The notes under the pieces are model-generated. The model was not told the DNA's origin. It saw nothing but the letters and a program-made list of their open reading frames with translations, and searched no databases. Positions 48,472-55,872 of a DNA stretch of 55,872 nucleotides are shown here, in pieces. How positions within the stretch are numbered: position 1 is the first letter of the stretch; each line of letters opens with the position of its first letter. The DNA comes from Bacteroidales bacterium UBA4788 (GTDB taxonomy: Bacteria > Bacteroidota > Bacteroidia > Bacteroidales > VadinHA17), in NCBI GenBank assembly GCA_002402965.1, contig DHGW01000010.1:11135-67006 (forward strand), written 5' to 3'. A program made the position numbers and the translations under genes.

Positions 48472-49527
48472 ATGCCATCAAAGAAGCGTCTCAAATTACT
48501 CGACAGGTATCTCACCCTGTGGATAATTCTGGCAATGCTTGCCGGGGTAGTAATCGGCTGGATCAGCCCTGAGATAGCCGGTTTCTGGAACAGTCTCTCG
48601 AGTGGAACCACAAACATCCCCATTGCAATCGGATTGATAGTTATGATGTACCCCCCACTGGCGAAGGTAAAGTACGAGGAGTTGCCTGATGTCTTCAGAA
48701 ACACAAAGGTACTAGGGCTGTCTCTTGTGCAGAACTGGGTCATCGGACCGGTGCTTATGTTCCTTCTCGCCATCCTTTTCCTGAGGTTCAACGTGGATTA
48801 CATGTACGGACTGATACTTATCGGCCTGGCGCGGTGCATAGCCATGGTGATTGTCTGGAACGACCTGGCTAAAGGTGATACCCAGTACGCCGCAGGACTC
48901 GTTGCCTTTAACTCCATCTTTCAGGTGCTCTTTTTCTCTGTCTATGCATACCTGTTTATTGCGGTACTGCCCGGCTGGTTCGGGCTGCCGGTCAATGATG
49001 CCGTTGAACAGATCACAATAAGGCAGATTGCCAAAAGCGTATTTATTTACCTGGGAATACCTTTCCTGGCCGGGTTCCTGACGCGATTCATCCTTATAAG
49101 AGTGAAGAGCAAAGAGTGGTACCATGCAAAATTCATTCCTAAGATCAGTCCGCTGACCCTCATTGCACTGCTTTTCACAATCTTCGTAATGTTCTCACTG
49201 AAAGGCGAATATATAGTTAAGATACCTCTCGATGTGATCCGGATAGCTATCCCGCTTATTATATACTTCATCATTATGTTCTTTGTCTCGTTCTTCATGA
49301 GCAGGAGGGCTGGGGCCAATTATGAGCAGACTGCAACCCTGTCGTTCACTGCTGCCAGCAATAATTTTGAACTGGCAATAGCTGTTGCCATCTCTGTTTT
49401 CGGCATTAATTCAGGTGAGGCATTCGCTGCCGTGATCGGGCCGCTGATAGAGGTGCCGGTGATGATCGCACTGGTAAACGTTGCTCTCCGGATGAAAGCG
49501 AAATACTTCAGGCAGGCCGAAGGTTGA
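48472..49527 (+). CDS. acr3: ACR3 family arsenite efflux transporter
   Basis: [51 protein letters not shown]. Confidence 0.95.
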   Translation: MPSKKRLKLLDRYLTLWIILAMLAGVVIGWISPEIAGFWNSLSSGTTNIPIAIGLIVMMYPPLAKVKYEELPDVFRNTKVLGLSLVQNWVIGPVLMFLLAILFLRFNVDYMYGLILIGLARCIAMVIVWNDLAKGDTQYAAGLVAFNSIFQVLFFSVYAYLFIAVLPGWFGLPVNDAVEQITIRQIAKSVFIYLGIPFLAGFLTRFILIRVKSKEWYHAKFIPKISPLTLIALLFTIFVMFSLKGEYIVKIPLDVIRIAIPLIIYFIIMFFVSFFMSRRAGANYEQTATLSFTAASNNFELAIAVAISVFGINSGEAFAAVIGPLIEVPVMIALVNVALRMKAKYFRQAEG

Positions 49528-49609
49528 TGGCAGGGCGCCTCAACGAGCCGATTGGCTGTCACAGGGAGGCCGGAAGGACCTTTTGCTGGCCGCTCAGACC
49601 GGTGAATTC

Positions 49610-50407
49610 TTATTTTCTCCTGAAGATACGTGGGATGAATTTAGGCACCTCCTTCTGATAGGTTGAATAATCAGGATATTTGCCGCTGCTGATCTTTTCT
49701 GTCATTATCGAGCTGCCGATGAACAGCAGCACCAGTAAGACCGGGCCCAGAAGTGTGAAGTTTATCCATTTGCCTGATGCAGCCACACCGAAGAGGTAGA
49801 AGCTGATCCAGATGGCTTGTTCAGAGGCAAAATTGGGATGACGGACATATTTCCAGAGACCTTCAGTCAGGAAACCCTTCTTCAATGAGTCACTGAATTC
49901 TTCCGCTTCAACCGATGCGGTGCGCTTCATTGTCTGGAACCTGAACTGCTGGTTGTCTGCCGCTGTCTCTGTCACGAGGAAGGTGAGCATGAGCATTGCG
50001 GCCACTATATCGGTGATGGCAAGAGGAGACCCGTTATGCAGAGCTGCCAGAAGGATAGGAGTCGTGAATAAAAGAATTATCAGGTTCTGGTAAAATGAAA
50101 TGAAGAAAAGGTTGAACATTCCAAAGCGAACCCTCCCCCTGAGGGCACTGGTATCACGCAGAATCTTCCACCTGTAATCCTCTTCACCTTTCCAGGGGAT
50201 GATATTGTATCCGCCCTTGCGGTGGAAGTTATAGCTTAGCCTCAGTCCCCACATTGTCACAAGCAGTGCCATAATAACAGTCCTTGCCGAAGGAAAGGCG
50301 GCCACGGTAATCCAGCTGTATGCCGGGGGCAGCAGGCTCCACAGCTTGTCAACCTGGCTGTAGTTGAAGGTTATCTCACTAACAATGAAACAGGCAAGGG
50401 CTACCAT
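49610..50407 (-). CDS. DUF1295 family membrane protein, probably 5'-truncated
   Basis: NYSQVDKLWS, WGLRL, EDYRW, ADNQQFRF, GLWKYVRHPNF; its 5' end abuts a Kelch fragment. Confidence 0.75.
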   Translation of the reverse strand: MVALACFIVSEITFNYSQVDKLWSLLPPAYSWITVAAFPSARTVIMALLVTMWGLRLSYNFHRKGGYNIIPWKGEEDYRWKILRDTSALRGRVRFGMFNLFFISFYQNLIILLFTTPILLAALHNGSPLAITDIVAAMLMLTFLVTETAADNQQFRFQTMKRTASVEAEEFSDSLKKGFLTEGLWKYVRHPNFASEQAIWISFYLFGVAASGKWINFTLLGPVLLVLLFIGSSIMTEKISSGKYPDYSTYQKEVPKFIPRIFRRK

Positions 50408-50773
50408 GGAGTTGGCTGGGTTCATGATAAAAATGCCAATGTCAGTGATTTCTTTGAGTATGATCCGGGGACAGACACGTGGACAAGGAAAGCCAGTTTC
50501 CCCGGCACGCTCAGGGGTAACACTACTTCCTTCTCTTTGCCTAACGGTAAGGGATACATTGCCATGGGTTATTCAAATGAGCAGTCAAAATACCTGAATG
50601 ATGTCTGGGAATATGACCCGGTACTTGATAGCTGGACAAGAATCGAGGACTTCCCCGGTTCACCGCGTTTCGGTGCCAGGGCTGTCGTAATAGGATCTGG
50701 TGCTTATATTATTGGCGGTTACGGAGGAATTTATGAGAAGGACATGTGGTTGTTCTCACCGGGGGTGAAATAA
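50393..50773 (+). pseudogene. C-terminal fragment of a Kelch-repeat (beta-propeller) protein
   Basis: In-frame GKGYHGVGW..DFFEYDPGTDTWTRKASFPG..GKGYIAMG..DVWEYDPVLDSWTRIEDFPG..AYIIGG; no ATG/GTG/TTG upstream in frame. Confidence 0.75.
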
Positions 50774-50789
50774 TTCCTGATCTTATCAA

Positions 50790-53576
50790 TCAGCCATTTA
50801 ATTTTTGCTTCAGATATTTCGCCGTGTAGGATGTTTCGCACTGTGCCAGTTGCTCAGGCGTGCCTTCAAATACTACATAGCCGCCCTTATCTCCTCCTTC
50901 CGGTCCGAGGTCTATGACCCAGTCGGAGCACTTGATAACTTCCACATTGTGTTCGATGAGAAGAACCGAGTGGCCGTGGTCAACAAGGGCGTTGAGCGAC
51001 TTCATTAATTTGTTTATGTCGTGAAAATGGAGTCCGGTGGTCGGCTCGTCGAAGATGAAAAGCATCCTTGCGTCGCTCTTTTCCTGGCTGAGGTAATAGG
51101 CCAGCTTCACTCTCTGGCTCTCCCCGCCGGAGAGGGTTGACGAGGACTGTCCCAGTTGCACATAACCCAGGCCTACGTCAGCCAGCGGTCGAAGTTTGGC
51201 GGCTATCCTGCCGCATGTTTTGTCCTTTGTTCGACCGAAAAACTCAATTGCCTCCTCGATTGTCATTTCGAGAACTTCGTAAATATTCTTCCCGTTGAAT
51301 TTCACGTCCAGGATTTCCCGTTTATACCTCATCCCCTTGCAGGTCTCGCAAGTCAGTTCGACATCAGCCATAAACTGCATCTCCACATGTATGACTCCTT
51401 CGCCCTGACACTCTTCGCAGCGTCCGCCTTCGACATTGAAGGAGAAGTGAGCCGGTTTGAATCCGGACTGCACTGCAGCCTGCTGTTCGGCAAACAGTTT
51501 TCTTATGTCGTCAAATGCCTTGAGGTAAGTAACAGGGTTTGAGCGGGTTGATTTACCAATGGGGTTTTGATCTATCAGTTCAACGGCGGTGATGCTGCTG
51601 ATGTCACCCTCCAGTGCCGTATGCCGTCCCGGTTTGGCCTCATTGCTGCCAAGCCTGGCAGCCAGGGCGTTAAAGAGGATATCGTGCACCAGGGTGCTCT
51701 TGCCCGATCCGCTGACCCCCGTTACTGTAGTGATTGTATGCAGCGGGATCTTTACATCGATATCCTTGAGATTGTTGGCGCGGGCACCCATTAATCCAAT
51801 GTAGCTGTGCCACCTCCGGCGCATGGCAGGCTCCTCAATCCGCATGGCCCCTGTCATGTAGGCAGCGGTTAGCGATTTGTTCTTCTTTGAGAAGTCGACG
51901 CCGCCCTGGTAGATTACCTCGCCACCGTGAGTGCCGGCAGCAGGTCCCATGTCAATAATCATATCGGCGGCCCTGATGATCTCCTCCTCGTGTTCAACCA
52001 CTATGACCGTATTTCCCAGGTCGCGCAGTTCCTTCAGGACATTGACCAGCAAATTGGTGTCGCGTGGATGCAGTCCGATGCTTGGCTCATCGAGGATATA
52101 GAGAGAGCCCACGAGGCTGCTTCCAAGGGAAGTGGCGAGATTGATACGCTGTGACTCTCCGCCGGAGAGAGTGTTTGAAAGCCTGTCGAGGGTGAGATAG
52201 GAGAGTCCCACATTCATCAGGAACCCCAGCCGTTGCTGTATCTCCTTCAGCAGCCGGCCGGCAATCTCTTTCTCCTCTCCGTTGAGAACGATCTGCTCAA
52301 AAAACTTATGTGCTTCGCTTACAGGCATGCGGGTGATCTCAGTGACGGAGCTGCCGCCCACCTTCACATAACCGGCCTCCTTGCGCAGCCGTTCCCCATT
52401 GCATTCCGGGCAGATCCGCTTACCCCTGTAGCGGCTGAGCATGACCCTGTACTGTATCTTGTACTTCTTCTCCTCCAGATGCTCGAAAAAGCGGTTCAGT
52501 CCGAAGAAGTACCTGTTGCCGCTCCACACGATGGCTTTCTGCTCAGGCGTGAGCTTATACCATGGTTTATGAATGGGGAAGTCGAATTTATCTGCGCTGT
52601 ATATCAGTCTCTCCTTCCACTGCCTCATGGTCTCTCCGCGCCAGCAGGCAATGGCGTCATCGTAGACTGAGAGGTTCTCGTCGGGGATGACGAGGGTTTC
52701 ATCTATACCGAGCACTTTTCCGTAACCCTCGCACACCGGGCATGCTCCCAGGGGGGAGTTGAAGCTGAAGAGATGTTCCGTCGGTTCCTCGAAGGTGATG
52801 CCGTCTTCCTCGAACTTGTCAGAGAACATTACAGTCTGGGTCGTCTCCTCGTCGGTCACAGTGAGGGAGATATGTCCGCCCCCGGTCATGAAGGCGGTTT
52901 GCACCGAGTCGGCTGCCCGGCTCAGATCCTCCGTGCTGTTGCCGGAAGCGAACCTGTCAATGATCAGGTCCAGTGTCTTCATCCGGCTCACCAGTTCAGC
53001 CGCTCCCGGTTCGTCGATGCGGATAATCCCCTTTTCGGTACTGATACGGTTGTAACCCTGCTGTATGAGGAACCTGATGAATTCTGACGGTTCAACGTTT
53101 TCCGGCACATCAAGTGGGGCTGTCAGCACTACACGGGTGCCGGAAGTGAGGGTCGCAAGGTAGTTGACGACGTCATCAACGGTGTGCTTTCGCACCTCGC
53201 GCCCGGATACCGGGGAAATAGTCCGCCCCACACGCGCCCATAAGAGCCTGAGGTAATCATGTATCTCCGTTGATGTACCCACCGTTGACCTCGGATTTCG
53301 GGAGTTGACCCTCTGTTCGATGGCAATGGCGGGAGGGATACCATTGATAAAATCAACATCTGGTTTGTTCATCCTGCCGAGAAACTGCCGGGCATATGAA
53401 GAAAGGCTCTCAACGTATCTCCGCTGCCCTTCGGCATAGATTGTGTCGAATGCCAGTGACGACTTGCCTGAACCGGATACCCCTGTAATGACTATCAGGT
53501 TGTTGCGGGGTATCGAAAGGGTAATATCCTTGAGGTTATGAACACGCGCTCCTTTTATCTCAATATTACCCTTCAT
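50790..53576 (-). CDS. uvrA: Excinuclease ABC subunit A
   Basis: GARVHNLK, two GVSGSGKS, LSGGESQR twice, Zn-finger CxxC pairs; TAATTTTG at 53599-53606. Confidence 0.96.
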   Translation of the reverse strand: MKGNIEIKGARVHNLKDITLSIPRNNLIVITGVSGSGKSSLAFDTIYAEGQRRYVESLSSYARQFLGRMNKPDVDFINGIPPAIAIEQRVNSRNPRSTVGTSTEIHDYLRLLWARVGRTISPVSGREVRKHTVDDVVNYLATLTSGTRVVLTAPLDVPENVEPSEFIRFLIQQGYNRISTEKGIIRIDEPGAAELVSRMKTLDLIIDRFASGNSTEDLSRAADSVQTAFMTGGGHISLTVTDEETTQTVMFSDKFEEDGITFEEPTEHLFSFNSPLGACPVCEGYGKVLGIDETLVIPDENLSVYDDAIACWRGETMRQWKERLIYSADKFDFPIHKPWYKLTPEQKAIVWSGNRYFFGLNRFFEHLEEKKYKIQYRVMLSRYRGKRICPECNGERLRKEAGYVKVGGSSVTEITRMPVSEAHKFFEQIVLNGEEKEIAGRLLKEIQQRLGFLMNVGLSYLTLDRLSNTLSGGESQRINLATSLGSSLVGSLYILDEPSIGLHPRDTNLLVNVLKELRDLGNTVIVVEHEEEIIRAADMIIDMGPAAGTHGGEVIYQGGVDFSKKNKSLTAAYMTGAMRIEEPAMRRRWHSYIGLMGARANNLKDIDVKIPLHTITTVTGVSGSGKSTLVHDILFNALAARLGSNEAKPGRHTALEGDISSITAVELIDQNPIGKSTRSNPVTYLKAFDDIRKLFAEQQAAVQSGFKPAHFSFNVEGGRCEECQGEGVIHVEMQFMADVELTCETCKGMRYKREILDVKFNGKNIYEVLEMTIEEAIEFFGRTKDKTCGRIAAKLRPLADVGLGYVQLGQSSSTLSGGESQRVKLAYYLSQEKSDARMLFIFDEPTTGLHFHDINKLMKSLNALVDHGHSVLLIEHNVEVIKCSDWVIDLGPEGGDKGGYVVFEGTPEQLAQCETSYTAKYLKQKLNG

Positions 53577-53762
53577 GCAGCCTTCGTTGATAAGTTGGCA
53601 AAATTAATCATTTTGAAATTACAATTTTTTGTTTTCTTTGTCTGCGTCAGAAATGAAACAAACGGGGAACCGACCCCGTATAAGTCAACAGTAAAAACAA
53701 CAATGTAACAAAGGAGGACCGCCTATCGTATAACTCTACCCGAAACCAAAATTAATAGAGTT

Positions 53763-54350
53763 ATGAAGAGCAAACTGACCGATTATGAGCTTATAACAAG
53801 CTTCATGAGCGGTAATGAGAGAAGCATCGAGCTGCTCATCCTGCGTCACAAAAGTAAGGTCTACTCTTATATCAGCCTTTACATCCGGAACCGCGATCTC
53901 GCTGACGATATTTTCCAGGATACATTCCTGAAGGTTGTACAGTCGATACGTGCCGGCCGTTACCAGGACGACGGAAAATTCATATCCTGGGTGATGAGGA
54001 TAGCTCATAATCTTATAATTGACCACTTCAGGCACGAGAAGCAGATGGGCATTGTGCTTAATGACGATTACGAAACGGATCTGTTCAACACAAAGAGGCT
54101 GACTGACGATAATGTTGAGGATGTGATAGTGCGCCGCCAGGTAATGCGCGATGTCAGACGCCTTATAAACGGACTTCCCGAGGATCAGCGCGAAGTGGTC
54201 ATAATGCGGCACTATGCGGGGATGAGCTTCAAGGAGATAGCTGATATGACGGGAGTGAGCATCAATACCGCCCTCGGCCGGATGAGGTACGCACTCATCA
54301 ACATGCGCAAGATCATGACTGAAAAAAATATCACCCTCTCAATAAGCTGA
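53763..54350 (+). CDS. ECF-type RNA polymerase sigma factor
   Basis: ADDIFQDTFLK, WVMRIAHNLIIDHFR, LPEDQREV, SFKEIA..GVSINTALGRMRYA. Confidence 0.92.
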   Translation: MKSKLTDYELITSFMSGNERSIELLILRHKSKVYSYISLYIRNRDLADDIFQDTFLKVVQSIRAGRYQDDGKFISWVMRIAHNLIIDHFRHEKQMGIVLNDDYETDLFNTKRLTDDNVEDVIVRRQVMRDVRRLINGLPEDQREVVIMRHYAGMSFKEIADMTGVSINTALGRMRYALINMRKIMTEKNITLSIS

Positions 54351-54402
54351 TACAATTTTTTGATTCAGAAGGCGTTTTTCTGATATGAGAACAGAGACGC
54401 CT

Positions 54403-54588
54403 ATGGATAAGAATTCTACCCTCTTACTATCTTATTTTGAAGTCACCAATACCCCGTCAGACCTCATTGCAGACGCCTTCGGCATCGATAATGCACTGAG
54501 TATTTTGCTTCCTGACATGGATGATGCACCGTCTGACGAAGTGATTGTCAGCCTGTTCGAGAAGATCAGGAAGGATAAGGTGAACTGA
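54403..54588 (+). CDS. Small hypothetical protein downstream of the ECF sigma factor
   Basis: 61-aa acidic ORF (MDKNSTL...APSDEVIVSLFEKIRK), co-oriented. Confidence 0.5.
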   Translation: MDKNSTLLLSYFEVTNTPSDLIADAFGIDNALSILLPDMDDAPSDEVIVSLFEKIRKDKVN

Positions 54589-54789
54589 GAGACTTTCCTC
54601 AAATACTTAATACATTGTCGGGGAACCGGCAGGCACAGCCTGTCCGGTTCTTCCTTTATCTGAAATCGGCTGACGGTATTCAGCCGGACCGGTCTTTGCC
54701 GGATACGTTCGTAAAATTCCATTATCTGCCGGGTATCATTATCATTCTTACATGAAATTTTTACCTTAGCAAAACCCAACTATACAGTT

Positions 54790-55872
54790 ATGAAAAGAAT
54801 AATTATCTATTTTGTTGCACTGGTGACCACGCTGTGGTCATGCACTTCCAAACAGGAAAAGATGGAAAACAGGATGCGTGATTTCATCTCGTCATACGAG
54901 GAGCAGGTAATTCCTCTCTATAAGGAATCAGCCCTGTCATCCTGGGAGGCCAACGTCACAGGCACCGACGAGGCGTGGGCGAGGAACGAAAAAGCTTCAC
55001 TGGCCTTTACCAGCTTCTTTACTGACAGGGAGGCGTTCGCCGAACTGAAGGAGCTGAAGGAATCGGGACTGGTTAAGGAGCCCCTGCTTGCCAGACAACT
55101 GGATATACTCTACAACTCCTATCTGTCAGGCCAGGTGGATACAAGCCTGATCTCCGAGCAGGTTATGATGGAGATGGCCATAACTAAGAAATTCAATGCC
55201 TTCCGGGCTGATGTCAACGGAAAGAAGCTGAGTGACAATGAGGTAGAAGATATCCTTCGCAATTCCACCCGGTCCGCCGAACTTAAGACGGCCTGGGAGG
55301 GTCACAAGATGATAGGCCCTCTTGTGGCCGATGACATAATCATGCTGGTCAGGCACAGAAACAAGATAGCACAGCAACTCGGCTTCAGCAATTATCACAG
55401 GATGAGCCTCGAGCTCTCCGGCCAGGACCCGGATGAGGTGACAAAAATATTTGATGAGCTGGACAGCCTCACCCGCGATGCCTTCGCCGCCCTTAAGGGA
55501 GAAATAGACAGTTACTACGCAAAGAGGTACAGTGTGGCCGCCGGCGACCTGATGCCGTGGCACTACCAGAACAGGTACTTCCAGGAGGCGCCTGAGATCT
55601 ATTCGGTCGATTTTGACAGGTATTATGCCGACAAGGATATCGTGAAGCTTGCAACAGCCTATTATGAGTCTGTAGGACTGCCGGTAGACGCCATCCTGGC
55701 GAACAGTGACCTCTACGAGAAGCCCGGAAAGAACCAGCATGCCTTCTCAACTGACATTGACCGTTCCGGTGATGTTCGCACACTTGACAACATAAGGCCC
55801 GACTCTTACTGGATGAACACCATATTGCATGAGCTTGGCCACGGAGTCTACTCATACTACAATGACATGTCC
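54790..55872 (+). CDS. M2/M3-like zinc metallopeptidase lipoprotein (runs off the window end)
   Basis: MKRIIIYFVALVTTLWSC lipobox; PWHYQNRYFQEAP; DLYEKPGKNQHAF; HELGH at 55828-55842; absent from the ORF track because no stop lies in the window. Confidence 0.88.
   Translation, partial: MKRIIIYFVALVTTLWSCTSKQEKMENRMRDFISSYEEQVIPLYKESALSSWEANVTGTDEAWARNEKASLAFTSFFTDREAFAELKELKESGLVKEPLLARQLDILYNSYLSGQVDTSLISEQVMMEMAITKKFNAFRADVNGKKLSDNEVEDILRNSTRSAELKTAWEGHKMIGPLVADDIIMLVRHRNKIAQQLGFSNYHRMSLELSGQDPDEVTKIFDELDSLTRDAFAALKGEIDSYYAKRYSVAAGDLMPWHYQNRYFQEAPEIYSVDFDRYYADKDIVKLATAYYESVGLPVDAILANSDLYEKPGKNQHAFSTDIDRSGDVRTLDNIRPDSYWMNTILHELGHGVYSYYNDMS

Noticed and set aside
41300-50773. The ars region as an intact mobile element
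   Set aside because: It looks somewhat AT-richer by eye and has deletion scars, but I found no integrase, transposase, tRNA target or terminal repeats.
55126-55855. Minus-strand ORFs of 204 and 120 aa
   Set aside because: They are shadows of the plus-strand HELGH metallopeptidase starting at 54790.

Overview
This looks like a chromosomal segment of a Bacteroidota (Bacteroidales-like) bacterium, judged from repeated TAnnTTTG promoter elements and gene content. Housekeeping genes include pgm, rmlDCA, rpsA, rnz, guaA, clpB, gcvT-comB-serC-serA-DUF1015-yggS, zwf-pgl-pnt, uvrA and an ECF sigma factor. Three accessory modules stand out. (1) A four-gene minus-strand unit at 29046-34635 encodes a membrane protein with a periplasmic-binding-like/EF-hand-loop region fused to a GcvH-like domain that lacks the lipoyl Lys. 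It also encodes a CxxCH (heme c) sensor kinase, a sigma54 activator and an archaemetzincin protease, and sits behind a sigma54-type promoter with TGT-N11-ACA palindromes. This is the best candidate for an undescribed signalling system. (2) An orphan SiaB/SiaC pair lies near an ABCG-like transporter, STAS and Hpt proteins. (3) An arsenic cluster carries four TTTCG-N8-CGAAA operators. It is interrupted by a Cys-rich secreted peptide plus two-component module and shows several deletion scars (mini-arsM, truncated rhodanese, DUF1295/Kelch junction). I recognised no rRNA, tRNA, CRISPR array, integrase or transposase. All product calls come from motif recognition by eye, not database searches.
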